Both the position numbers and the translations under genes were made by a program. Below are positions 39,020 through 48,515 of a stretch of 64,000 nt of DNA, piece by piece. The notes below the pieces were generated by a model. It was not told the origin of the DNA. It searched no databases and worked only from the letters and a program-made list of their open reading frames with translations. This stretch comes from a virus: positions 84,236-148,235 of IMG/VR virus record IMGVR_UViG_3300042566_000678; one strand, written 5' to 3'. Each line of letters opens with the position of its first letter. The first letter of the stretch is position 1.

Positions 39020-39820
39020 CTATGCACCCAATGCTTTACTGAACCCATCTGGACAAGTTCTAGTACATACTAAAGATGCAACAACTGGTGCTACTGCAGC
39101 TCCGATTGCGATACCAACTCCAGCAGGCGTTGCCCATAATGCAGCTGAATCTAAACTATAATAGATACAATTTGAACATACGTTTCTTAATAATTGTGGG
39201 TCAACATTTCCACCAACACCAGGTATTGCTAAAAACCCATCTGCCACTATATTTCCCATTGCCGTTGATACTGCCATTTTAGCTGCCATATCTGCAACAT
39301 AAAGAACCGGCGTAGCCATCAATGATAATGTAGTTGAAGTTGCTGCTCCAGCAGGTTGTGCAGGTGTAAATGCTGCAACACAACCCATAGAGATTGCTGC
39401 CGTTAATCCTAATCTACAAGCATTTGCATCTGCCCAATTGTATGCAGATATTGCACCTGCTGCTACAATTTCAACACCTGCTACGATTTGTTGTTCGGCT
39501 TGTTTAGATAATTGAACGAACTCATTTTGAGTTACATCAAATCCTACCTTTGCAAATTCTTCCGTAGTACTTGCTACTGTGTTGGCTGCACTTTCTACTC
39601 TGTGTGCTGTATCAGTTGCAAATGTTACTGAATAATTGTATGCATCTTCAACACTACCTATTGCGGTATTAACACCACCAATCATTGGTTGAATAACATT
39701 ATCGTTAATTGCATTGCCAGCATCTACTACCGCATCTCCAATTGGTTTAATAACATTATCGTTAATTGCATTTCCCGCATCTACAAATGCGTCTTCGATT
39801 GCTTTTCCTGCTCCACCCAT
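39020..39820 (-). CDS. Ala-rich protein with N-terminal repeat and hydrophobic Cys-containing C-terminus
   Basis: VDAGNAINDNVI twice; hydrophobic helices. Confidence 0.7.
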   Translation of the reverse strand: MGGAGKAIEDAFVDAGNAINDNVIKPIGDAVVDAGNAINDNVIQPMIGGVNTAIGSVEDAYNYSVTFATDTAHRVESAANTVASTTEEFAKVGFDVTQNEFVQLSKQAEQQIVAGVEIVAAGAISAYNWADANACRLGLTAAISMGCVAAFTPAQPAGAATSTTLSLMATPVLYVADMAAKMAVSTAMGNIVADGFLAIPGVGGNVDPQLLRNVCSNCIYYSLDSAALWATPAGVGIAIGAAVAPVVASLVCTRTCPDGFSKALGA

Positions 39821-39845
39821 AATTTTTGTTTTTTTGTTTAGTTTA

Positions 39846-40154
39846 TTAATTTATTTCCATTCTCATTAAATACAAATCGTTGTTTTCAAAAAAATCTTTG
39901 AATCCAAACATCTTTGCTAATTTCTTTGCTTTAAGATTACCTTTTAGGGGTGCTCCGTATATTTCGGTATATCCTTCTTTTTTAAAATTATCAAGTATAC
40001 CAACATATATATACATCATTCTCTTAAAAAAAGAATGTGACCATACATCTTCATTAAAAGTTATGTGCATTGCAACCTTGCTACGATTATGTAGATAATC
40101 ACATTCCACTAACACATCTTCATCTTGATATAACGTTACTCTTATTGGTGGCAT
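39846..40154 (-). CDS. GNAT-like small protein
   Basis: NLKAKKLAKMFGF resembles GNAT motif B. Confidence 0.5.
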   Translation of the reverse strand: MPPIRVTLYQDEDVLVECDYLHNRSKVAMHITFNEDVWSHSFFKRMMYIYVGILDNFKKEGYTEIYGAPLKGNLKAKKLAKMFGFKDFFENNDLYLMRMEIN

Positions 40155-40157
40155 TTT

Positions 40158-40898
40158 TTATTTATTTACCCAATTTTCCAATGCTTCTATATACCCACCA
40201 CTCATATGGTCTTTTATATTTTTACCTGAAAATAGTGCTTTTATGTATAACCAAAATGATTTTAGTGATTTATCATTTTTCAATCTATTACCATTATTAT
40301 CTAATCTTACTTGATGATTGACGTGATAAAATCTAATGTATGGTGTATGTGTTACTAAATCGTTGTTATGTACTATTCGTAAAGTATCTATATCACTTTT
40401 ATCATAGTTTTCTTTAAACACATTATTACCAACTCTCGGGCTACCAATAGTTGTTGCACTAACATTATAGTGAGGAAAGTGTTTCTTTATTGAGTATGCA
40501 TATAATGTTGCTACTGCACCACCTAAACTATGCCCACTAACTACAATATCAGTAGTTTCACCTTGTAGGTTTTCTAATGCAGTATCAATAGCATCGTAAG
40601 TATCACCTATTACTGATTCCCAACAATATTTAAATCCAATATGAACCTTCTCACCATCTTCAATGAATGGTACTTTATCAATTGAAGCATCGTTTTGGAA
40701 ATCCTTCTTTGATTCACTACCTCTCCAAACTACATATATAGTTTTATTTCTCGTAGCCACAAATCCTTGTGTATCTGATTTTTTATTCTCAATCCACTTT
40801 ACTAACGATAATCCCAATTCATCCCAATTTATCTGGTCTTTGTTTGAATACGCTAATACTGCTAATTTTGAGTTATATAGTGCTTCCTTTCTTGTCAT
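40158..40898 (-). CDS. Lipase class 3
   Basis: WRGS, VHIGF, GHSLGG, GSPRVGN, DLVTHTP, DH. Confidence 0.93.
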   Translation of the reverse strand: MTRKEALYNSKLAVLAYSNKDQINWDELGLSLVKWIENKKSDTQGFVATRNKTIYVVWRGSESKKDFQNDASIDKVPFIEDGEKVHIGFKYCWESVIGDTYDAIDTALENLQGETTDIVVSGHSLGGAVATLYAYSIKKHFPHYNVSATTIGSPRVGNNVFKENYDKSDIDTLRIVHNNDLVTHTPYIRFYHVNHQVRLDNNGNRLKNDKSLKSFWLYIKALFSGKNIKDHMSGGYIEALENWVNK

Positions 40899-40904
40899 AA
40901 TTTA

Positions 40905-41624
40905 TTATTTTTGGAACTTACCCTTTTTAATCATTCTTAAAAGGATACGAGCACAAGCAATATCTAATGCCTTCTTTGTAGATGTTCCGATTGTTGATTG
41001 GTTAAATTTAACATCTGATAAATTATCATCGTTCAATAATGATAGTTCACGAGTTGTAGTTGCATCACCTAAACCAGATGCTCCAAATACCTCGCCTGTC
41101 TCTGCGTCTGTGAAACGAACTTGTAAACCTAAACGAGTAACCATTTTGTTTTTAACACCATCTTTTAAATTGATTGTTTCATCCTCACTAATAGAGAAAT
41201 CATATACCTCAATAGATACAAAATAATGTGCTAATCTAATCTTACCTCTACCATCTAACTTATCTTGGGAAATGCCCGCTTGAGAAGCTTGAAATTGTTT
41301 AACCATTCTATTTTTGATTTCGGTTTTGTCCTCTGTAAAAGTAAAACGGTTGAGATTTTCAAGGTATTCCATAGATATATTCGCCACACCAAGACCCACC
41401 TTCTTTTCTTTAAGTTCCGGATATTGTTCCAAAATTTCATCACTAATTCCACATTTTAAGATTTGAATTGGAATTGTTGGACCATCGTAGTCCATCAACT
41501 CGCTTATGTCCACTTTTGTTTCAAAACTCGCTTTGTAGTTTTCAGTAGTAGTTTTTCCAACTACTTGTCCCTTTGCAATAAAGGTCAATAATCCCATTGC
41601 TAAAATTAGAAATATATTCTTCAT
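40905..41624 (-). CDS. CsgG-like secreted assembly/transport protein
   Basis: Signal peptide; LENLNRFTF, VYDFS, LQVRFTDAETGEV..ASG. Confidence 0.7.
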   Translation of the reverse strand: MKNIFLILAMGLLTFIAKGQVVGKTTTENYKASFETKVDISELMDYDGPTIPIQILKCGISDEILEQYPELKEKKVGLGVANISMEYLENLNRFTFTEDKTEIKNRMVKQFQASQAGISQDKLDGRGKIRLAHYFVSIEVYDFSISEDETINLKDGVKNKMVTRLGLQVRFTDAETGEVFGASGLGDATTTRELSLLNDDNLSDVKFNQSTIGTSTKKALDIACARILLRMIKKGKFQK

Positions 41625-41656
41625 ATCTTATAGTTTTTTCTTTCCTATAAGTATAT

Positions 41657-41690
41657 AAAAAAAGGGAAAAACTTTCGTTCTTCCCTTTTC
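41657..41690 (-). terminator. Putative intrinsic terminator
   Basis: AAGGGAAG...TTTTCCC followed by a T run. Confidence 0.55.
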
Positions 41691-41696
41691 AATACA

Positions 41697-41996
41697 TTAT
41701 CCTAATTCCTCTTCTTCCTTCATTGGTTCTGGCTTAATACTATCCAAATGATTTAGCTTATCATTTTCGGCTTTCTTATTAACAAACTTGTCAACCGATG
41801 CTATACCAAATGAACCCAATGTGATGGTTAAGAAACCATTAAAGATATACTCATTGATAAGTAATTCCTTACCCATATATCCTGTTACTAAATCAACTGC
41901 TATTGCAACCACCATTATTCCGAATGATGCAAATCCTACAACTGATTTTTCGTTGATGTTATTATCATCATCAAACAAATCTTTAAAAAAACCCAT
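41697..41996 (-). CDS. Two-TM holin-like membrane protein
   Basis: INEKSVVGF, two TM helices, GSFGIASVDKF. Confidence 0.6.
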   Translation of the reverse strand: MGFFKDLFDDDNNINEKSVVGFASFGIMVVAIAVDLVTGYMGKELLINEYIFNGFLTITLGSFGIASVDKFVNKKAENDKLNHLDSIKPEPMKEEEELG

Positions 41997-42017
41997 AGTT
42001 ACTCCCCTTATTTTTAA

Positions 42018-42365
42018 TTAATCTATATTATGGTGTGCTTCATCATTTTGTGGTGCAGAACCTGCGCCAGTGTTTGATAAGGATACACCGTCTTCCTCGT
42101 CCATTTTTTGAACTAACATTTTATCTTTGTCTGTATCAGAGAACCAATAATCTATAATCTTACCATAAGAACCAATGAATGCTCCTAATAATAAAAGTAA
42201 TAATTCTTTCCACTCTTGCCCAACAACCGTATCTGCGTGAATAGAAATAAGAATACCAAATGTTGTGAGCATGAATGTGATTAAGACAATTAATGTCATT
42301 AACCACCTTCTATTCATCATTGTGTTTAGTAGGTCCTTAAATCCTGATGGAGTTTGTTGTTCCAT
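42018..42365 (-). CDS. Two-TM membrane protein
   Basis: LLGAFIGSYGKIIDYWF. Confidence 0.7.
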   Translation of the reverse strand: MEQQTPSGFKDLLNTMMNRRWLMTLIVLITFMLTTFGILISIHADTVVGQEWKELLLLLLGAFIGSYGKIIDYWFSDTDKDKMLVQKMDEEDGVSLSNTGAGSAPQNDEAHHNID

Positions 42366-42371
42366 AATATA

Positions 42372-42695
42372 TTACCAAGCCGCTGGCTTCTCTTTGAACT
42401 CGTCTGCTTCTTTTTTAGGTTTTGGAGCAGGTGCAGGTTGAGCTGGTTTAGCTGAACCATTTCCTTCACCACCTTTGTTGATGATAATAGTTTTACCACC
42501 AGCTGATTGTTGTTGAGTTTGGTTGTTTTGGATGTTAATTACCGGAGCTGCTGCTGGAGCTGCTGCTGGCTGGTCACCACCACCGAACATTTGTGAACCT
42601 AACCAAGCTCCGCCTGCGGTTACTATTGTTCCTACTGTCCCAATTAGTGTTTTAACTAATCCTGACATTGTTCCATCGTTTGATTCTTCTGACAT
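42372..42695 (-). CDS. Membrane-anchored P/Q/A-rich protein
   Basis: TM helix then PAAAPVINIQNNQTQQQ. Confidence 0.7.
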   Translation of the reverse strand: MSEESNDGTMSGLVKTLIGTVGTIVTAGGAWLGSQMFGGGDQPAAAPAAAPVINIQNNQTQQQSAGGKTIIINKGGEGNGSAKPAQPAPAPKPKKEADEFKEKPAAW

Positions 42696-42719
42696 AATCT
42701 TTGTTTTTGTAATTTGTTA

Positions 42720-43091
42720 TTATAATTTATTAAAATCTGCTATTCCTAATGCGTTTCCTTCCATATCAAATAAAGCAATTCTATATGCAGAAGATGGTAA
42801 AGCGTTTGCGTATATTTTCAATACGTTATTTCCAGCTTTTATATCAACCTCTTCTTTTGATACTGATTTATTTTCTATGTTTAATATCTTTACTATATAT
42901 TTTCCAGCAGTTTCTGCTTTTACGTTCATAGAAACCTCATCTTTTACGAATGGTGTTTCTACTCTAATACCCATATTTCCAACTATTTGTAATTTTTCGT
43001 TTACTACGGTTGGAGTTGGTACGAATAATTCTTCATTTTGGCAAGATGCTAACAATCCAATTGCCAATATTGATGCTACTATTTTTTTCAT
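42720..43091 (-). CDS. Lipoprotein with a single Ig-like (T9SS-CTD-like) domain
   Basis: Lipobox LASC; IKAGNNVLKI..LPSSAY. Confidence 0.7.
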   Translation of the reverse strand: MKKIVASILAIGLLASCQNEELFVPTPTVVNEKLQIVGNMGIRVETPFVKDEVSMNVKAETAGKYIVKILNIENKSVSKEEVDIKAGNNVLKIYANALPSSAYRIALFDMEGNALGIADFNKL

Positions 43092-43432
43092 TTTATTTTT
43101 ATTATTGTTTTTCCTAATTCTTTTTTAGCAACATCTTCCAATAACAGATATAAATATCTACTTTGTAACGATTTCGTATAAATCTTTCTTACATTTTCTC
43201 CACTTTGCCCAATAAACTTATCTCTACCTACTACTTGTCCACTTTCTTTGTCTATTAAAGTTAATGTATAAGTTCCTTTTTCTGGTAAATCAAAGTGTAG
43301 AGATTCTCCATTTGTAACACTACTTTCACTTACACTAAATATATCATCAATTGATAATCCTTCCGGCATTACCAATTCAGGTCCACTACACCCAACCAAT
43401 AGTATCAAAAATAAATATAGTATCCTTTTCAT
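43088..43432 (-). CDS. Lipoprotein, paralog of the previous gene
   Basis: Lipobox LVGC; GTYTLTL, GENVRKIY. Confidence 0.7.
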   Translation of the reverse strand: MKRILYLFLILLVGCSGPELVMPEGLSIDDIFSVSESSVTNGESLHFDLPEKGTYTLTLIDKESGQVVGRDKFIGQSGENVRKIYTKSLQSRYLYLLLEDVAKKELGKTIIKIK

Positions 43433-45366
43433 TAGTTCATCTTTACTTTTAATGATATACCTTCTTTGTTTACCGCATCTGTTGCTGAAACTGATGTTAA
43501 ACCTAATGTACCTCCAATACCGATTAATGGTATAAATGTTATTTTGTATTCTGTATTATCATCCAACAATCCGTTTCCACTATAAATCAAAGAACCAAAG
43601 TTTATATACTTACCACTATCGTTTGAAAAGTTTGTAGGGTTTCCGGTAGTTGTATATTCTGTACCTTCGTATTTTAATGCATCACTATCATAGTTTAGTT
43701 TTAACTGAATACCTTTTAGTGATTGCCCTAATGTATTTACTTTTACACTTACCACTACTTTACCACCAACTATTTCACTTGATACATATGTAGAAACCTC
43801 CATAGGTATAGTTAAGTTCATAGTACGATTTACACTTGCAGTAGCTTGTGTATTTTGTGCTATCGTATGTGACATATTCACATCTCCCTTTAATGCTACC
43901 ACCACATTATACACATAATCATTTACAGTGGCATCAACCGCCAATGGAAAGTTTGCCCTGTATGGTCTATTTACCGATGTCCAATTTGATTTCGTTATAC
44001 CATCGTATGTACTTTTGTTTATTAATCTAAATAAATTATCTTCACTCCAAGTAGAAACTATCGGTACTGCACCTATTACGTTTTGTAATATTTTATATGA
44101 ATCTATTTCATTAAATACATTGTTTCCATCCACATCCGCATTTAAGAATTGAACCCCATTTGTAAATGTATTACTTTCAGTTCCACTCAATCCTCTATTA
44201 GCCAACTCTTGAAATGCCAAATATGCATCACCAACTGTCAATACACTAAAATATAGATTTGTTAAAGTAGCTGCTGGTAGTTTTGATAAATACATAACCA
44301 TATCGGTTTTACTTTTAACAAAATCACTTGTATTAACTACACTACCATTTGTACCCAAAGTTAAACCATTTGTTGTACTAACTGCCGTTGCTCCGTTTGC
44401 TGTATAATTTTTTACAGACCATTGCGATGGATTTATACCACCCCCAAAATAAAAATTAACCTTTGATGATGGTACATCTATGGGGTTTATTACATTTGCT
44501 GAATAGAAATTAGTAAAGGTTTGTGAATCAGGATTAGTCCAAGTTCCATATTCAATTATGTATGGGTTGCTCCAATTGTTTGATAAATCATTCCACGTTG
44601 ATGCACCATTCCAATTTGTTACCGCATAGTTCTCACTACCATTACTACCATTTGGTTCACCAGGTGCCCAGTTATTATAAACACCTACAATGTTTCCGGC
44701 ATTTTGTCCGTTTGAGGTTTTCATTACAGTTCCCTTTTCAGGTCCTGCATCAATTACCCATCTACCATCAACAACTTCATCTGTTGCCGCAAACCATATA
44801 CTAGCTTGAGGAACATTGGCAAATATAAAAGCGTTTTCATCGGCAGAAGTAATTGTTACCAAATATCCTGTCTGTCCTTTGAATGTTGTTAGTAATGATG
44901 CAGCTCTTGCTCCAGTGTAAGTATCTCCAGTTGTTACAGGTTTATAAAAGTGTCCGTTGATTGGATTGTAATAGAAACCGGTTGGATTTAAGGTTGCCGA
45001 TACTGATATTTGAACATTACCAGCAGTTGCACCAGTATTTATTTTTAAGGATGCTAATGCGTTGTTTATATTTGCTTGTGTACCTGTAAAAACTAAACGA
45101 GCTTTATTACCCGTTAAAGTAAAACCAGATGCTGGAGTTAGACCAGTTGTTGTAGTTAAATTGAAAGTTGTACCCGTTGGTGGATTGATAAACCCTATTG
45201 ATGCTAATAAAATATCAGTAGAAGTAAATCCATTCAAAACAAATCCACTACACGCCTGCCCACTTACGTTTAATTCAAACTTTTTAGAGGCAGGTTGTGT
45301 AATGGATTGTGCTATGGATATACTACTGGATAATAATATTAATATTACAACAAGTAGTTTTCTCAT
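43432..45366 (-). CDS. Secreted protein with C-type lectin-like, dockerin-like and cohesin-like domains
   Basis: GYLVTITSADENAF, WAPGEPN, WND; ADVDGNNVFNEIDS; GIQLKLNYDSDALKY. Confidence 0.75.
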   Translation of the reverse strand: MRKLLVVILILLSSSISIAQSITQPASKKFELNVSGQACSGFVLNGFTSTDILLASIGFINPPTGTTFNLTTTTGLTPASGFTLTGNKARLVFTGTQANINNALASLKINTGATAGNVQISVSATLNPTGFYYNPINGHFYKPVTTGDTYTGARAASLLTTFKGQTGYLVTITSADENAFIFANVPQASIWFAATDEVVDGRWVIDAGPEKGTVMKTSNGQNAGNIVGVYNNWAPGEPNGSNGSENYAVTNWNGASTWNDLSNNWSNPYIIEYGTWTNPDSQTFTNFYSANVINPIDVPSSKVNFYFGGGINPSQWSVKNYTANGATAVSTTNGLTLGTNGSVVNTSDFVKSKTDMVMYLSKLPAATLTNLYFSVLTVGDAYLAFQELANRGLSGTESNTFTNGVQFLNADVDGNNVFNEIDSYKILQNVIGAVPIVSTWSEDNLFRLINKSTYDGITKSNWTSVNRPYRANFPLAVDATVNDYVYNVVVALKGDVNMSHTIAQNTQATASVNRTMNLTIPMEVSTYVSSEIVGGKVVVSVKVNTLGQSLKGIQLKLNYDSDALKYEGTEYTTTGNPTNFSNDSGKYINFGSLIYSGNGLLDDNTEYKITFIPLIGIGGTLGLTSVSATDAVNKEGISLKVKMN

Positions 45367-46991
45367 TACTCTACATTTAATCTAAACTTATTTCCTTTTC
45401 CATCTACCGCATCTGATAATTCAGTATAGAATAAACCAGCGGTATTAGTTAGAGGAACGTTTGATGTGAAAGTTAATTTATATGGTGTACCAGTTTTAAT
45501 TCTTGCAGTTTTGATTTGGTCCATAGAACCAAATGTTAATCTACCATCTTTGTTTGTTGAAAAGTTAGTTATAGATGAACCAGCATCAAATACTATACCA
45601 TCTAAAGTTAATTTAGAACTATCATATTTTAAAATAACTTCCAATCCAGCTAATCCTTCTTGTGATAAATTACCAGTTAGTATCACCTTATTGTTTTCAA
45701 TTTTAGATGTTAAACTTAAAGTTGCGGTTCCTGCTACTTGATTTGCATATATTCCTCTACTAGCAATGGTTCTATTCATTGTTGTTTGACCACCTGTACT
45801 ATTTGCAGATATTGGTTGACCAGGATTAGATGAATGTGAGAAGTCTAAATCACCACTAAATGCATAAGAGAATAACTCTGTTTGATTTGCCGTTGTTATA
45901 TTAACTACGTTGTTAGATTGTGCAGGTGTAATATTAGGATATACCGCTTGTTTAGCTGATATAAACCCTAACGATGTTGCAGCTTGTCTAGTTATGTTTG
46001 CTTTTGATGATACATCTTGTCCTAAAATATAGGCAAATAAGTAATATGCATCATTATTATTAAAATCAGTATCTCCAGTTGTTACATTACCAATTGCCTT
46101 TTCAATTGCAGGATATTGGAATATAGATGATGTACCATTTAATCCAACATCGGTTACTGCTAAAAATGCTCTATACGCATCTGTAACCGTTACTACATTG
46201 TTTAAATAAGCTGCCCCAAATGTTGGAACAATATAGACACCAAATGTATCACCAATATTAAATTGTGCAAAATCAGCTATACCACCACCACTTAATGCTT
46301 TCTTTGCTAATGGTGGAACACCCCAGTTTGTACTACCATCTCCATTTAGTGGTTGTATTTGAACTGATAATGATGAAATATCAAAATTGGATGGATAGCC
46401 AACTTTCACTCTAAATGCAGAAACGTGTTTTACATCTGCATCTGCGAATGATAATTGAAGAACTTGCGAACCAATCGGTATAATTGGTGCATCGTTTGTT
46501 CCGTTTGCCGTTGCCAAATCCAATTTATGTATTCCTTGATATGTTGAGTTTTCTAATAAGATAAACTTTTCGGTTGCCCATAAACCATCAATTACCGCAT
46601 CTGCTCTTTGTGTTGTAAATTGTTTTACTATCCAATCGTTATTTGGTGAATAATTCCAAGGTGTTGAAGCATATTGTTTATCCAATTCACCAACTCCAAT
46701 TGTAGGATTTTGTGTGAACATATAATTTGGCCAAGTTGCTTCAAAGTTTTGTGCAGTTTGTCCTTGTGAAAATTCAGTAGGTCCTAACTTTTGTAAGTGT
46801 TTGTTTGAGTATTGGTAGCGCATCCATAGGTATCTTGGATTTGTACTTCCCTTAACAACATTGTACCTCATTGTTAGTGTATCACCAACTCTGTAAGGTT
46901 TTGAGTTGATGATTTCTTGGTTAATGATAAGTTGTCCGTAAGACATAAATGATGTTAAAAACAACACCAAACCGAATAATAAGTTTTTCAT
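45366..46991 (-). CDS. Secreted protein with cohesin-like, dockerin-like and cohesin-like domains
   Basis: RVGDTLTM..RYQYSNKHL; VTVTDAY...GDTDFNNNDAY; GLEVILKYDSSKL. Confidence 0.7.
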   Translation of the reverse strand: MKNLLFGLVLFLTSFMSYGQLIINQEIINSKPYRVGDTLTMRYNVVKGSTNPRYLWMRYQYSNKHLQKLGPTEFSQGQTAQNFEATWPNYMFTQNPTIGVGELDKQYASTPWNYSPNNDWIVKQFTTQRADAVIDGLWATEKFILLENSTYQGIHKLDLATANGTNDAPIIPIGSQVLQLSFADADVKHVSAFRVKVGYPSNFDISSLSVQIQPLNGDGSTNWGVPPLAKKALSGGGIADFAQFNIGDTFGVYIVPTFGAAYLNNVVTVTDAYRAFLAVTDVGLNGTSSIFQYPAIEKAIGNVTTGDTDFNNNDAYYLFAYILGQDVSSKANITRQAATSLGFISAKQAVYPNITPAQSNNVVNITTANQTELFSYAFSGDLDFSHSSNPGQPISANSTGGQTTMNRTIASRGIYANQVAGTATLSLTSKIENNKVILTGNLSQEGLAGLEVILKYDSSKLTLDGIVFDAGSSITNFSTNKDGRLTFGSMDQIKTARIKTGTPYKLTFTSNVPLTNTAGLFYTELSDAVDGKGNKFRLNVE

Positions 46992-47473
46992 TATAATAGT
47001 TTTTTGATTAAGGTTTCACAAGTCTTTTTAATAGCATTTCTGGCTGATTGCTGATTGAATTGACCACCTTCATTAACTAATAATGTACTGGTAGATACTT
47101 CGGATGAACTTTCTTCTGCCAAAAACTGCTTTAATTTCTTGCCGTTTTTGTAAAGTGTGCCCTTTATTCGTATAACTACTTCAGTTTCATCTGAATGAAA
47201 AACTGATATGTTTGTTTTGGTTGTTAGAATATCGAAGAAAACGATTTCTGTTTTGAGAACGATTGTGTTCTCATCTATGGTTTCCATCAAAGGATGGTTC
47301 TCTTGTACTAATTCTTGTAAGATATTTTTTACACCAAAAGCCAGGTTTTTGTTGCCGGTTAAAGGTCCTATTTGAACGCTATTAACAACTTTCTCAACAA
47401 AAACTGGCTCTGTACTTTGTGCCATACCCATAATAGGTAATAGCACCAACAATATTGATGTAATTAGTCTCAT
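46991..47473 (-). CDS. Secreted CsgG/LptE-like alpha/beta protein
   Basis: Signal peptide; FGVKNILQE; FNQQSARNAIKK resembles the C-terminus of the CsgG-like protein (FNQSTIGTSTKK). Confidence 0.55.
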   Translation of the reverse strand: MRLITSILLVLLPIMGMAQSTEPVFVEKVVNSVQIGPLTGNKNLAFGVKNILQELVQENHPLMETIDENTIVLKTEIVFFDILTTKTNISVFHSDETEVVIRIKGTLYKNGKKLKQFLAEESSSEVSTSTLLVNEGGQFNQQSARNAIKKTCETLIKKLL

Positions 47474-47516
47474 AATTTCTCCCATAAATAAATATAGGAG
47501 AAATCATAAAACGATA

Positions 47517-47981
47517 TTAAATTTTAAGTTTTAAGGAAGCAATTTCCTTTTCAGGCGTTCCGTATTTTTGACAAAGGTTTAGTATTTCAGTTTTACCATA
47601 TTTGGTAGAATATAGAATATCCAAATATTCTTCTGCCTGTAATGTGGATACTTGATTATCTTTTGCTACCAACTCAATTAACCATTTTTCATAATCAGCT
47701 GATTTTTTACCTTTCATGTATTTTAGATAATATTTTTTCTTTGGTATTACATCAATCATAACTTTGTAGAATTGTTCAGCCTCTAATGTCTCAACCAATG
47801 GTTGTATTTCAGCCAAAAATTCTACAAATTCATAATTCATTGATAGGTAACGAAAAATAAGATAATTAGTCCAAGTCTTTTTATCCTCTACGGATATTGT
47901 ATTGAAATAATCAGATTTCTGATGTTCCGTTATTGCCGATATGTGGTCAAATAAGCCCAAGCGGGTTTTTTCCTTCGCCAT
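47517..47981 (-). CDS. Probable clamp-loader accessory subunit (T4 gp62-like)
   Basis: YLIFRYLSM, KKYYLKYMK; lies in the replication module. Confidence 0.6.
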   Translation of the reverse strand: MAKEKTRLGLFDHISAITEHQKSDYFNTISVEDKKTWTNYLIFRYLSMNYEFVEFLAEIQPLVETLEAEQFYKVMIDVIPKKKYYLKYMKGKKSADYEKWLIELVAKDNQVSTLQAEEYLDILYSTKYGKTEILNLCQKYGTPEKEIASLKLKI

Positions 47982-48210
47982 TTTCTTTTGGTTTTCTTAA
48001 TTCGGGTTGTAACAACTCTTCTAATGGTTCTCCACACTCTACACATAAGTAGATTTCAAATGGGATAATTTCATCCGATGCTGCACCTGTGAGTAATTTA
48101 CTCATCTTTTTAAACTTATACCCAATTGCAAAAGTATCACCTCCACAATTTGCACAAGCCATATCCTTTGCTTGTGATATGTTTGGTTTTCCTAAATTAC
48201 CACCTATCAT
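47947..48210 (-). CDS. Zinc-ribbon protein
   Basis: CANCG...CVECG. Confidence 0.7.
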   Translation of the reverse strand: MIGGNLGKPNISQAKDMACANCGGDTFAIGYKFKKMSKLLTGAASDEIIPFEIYLCVECGEPLEELLQPELRKPKENGEGKNPLGLI

Positions 48211-48512
48211 CGTATCACCATTAAAACTTCTTGCTCTCGCAATAAAATATAATCTTTACCAGCCAACTTAATAGTTTGTGTATCATAACTATTGTGTGGT
48301 AGTAATACTTTGTTACCAACCTCTAAAGTCATAGGGATACGAGTTCCGTTTTGTGTAAATACACCAGGTCCAACTGATATTACTTTACCCAATTTGTTTT
48401 CCCCATATTGTGCAGTCTCTGGTAAGATAATACCACCAACTGTCTTTTCTTGCTTTTCAATCTCAATTAAAACTCTATCACCAATAGGTTTTGCTGTTTC
48501 TGTGTTTTCCAT
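48207..48512 (-). CDS. groES: Co-chaperonin GroES
   Basis: PIGDRVL, TVGGIILP, VISVGPG, LREQEVL. Confidence 0.93.
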   Translation of the reverse strand: MENTETAKPIGDRVLIEIEKQEKTVGGIILPETAQYGENKLGKVISVGPGVFTQNGTRIPMTLEVGNKVLLPHNSYDTQTIKLAGKDYILLREQEVLMVIR

Positions 48513-48515
48513 AAT

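Noticed and set aside
33647-47473. Host chromosomal DNA or a prophage boundary
   Set aside because: Same strand, packing and upstream motifs as the flanking phage genes; no integrase or att site seen.
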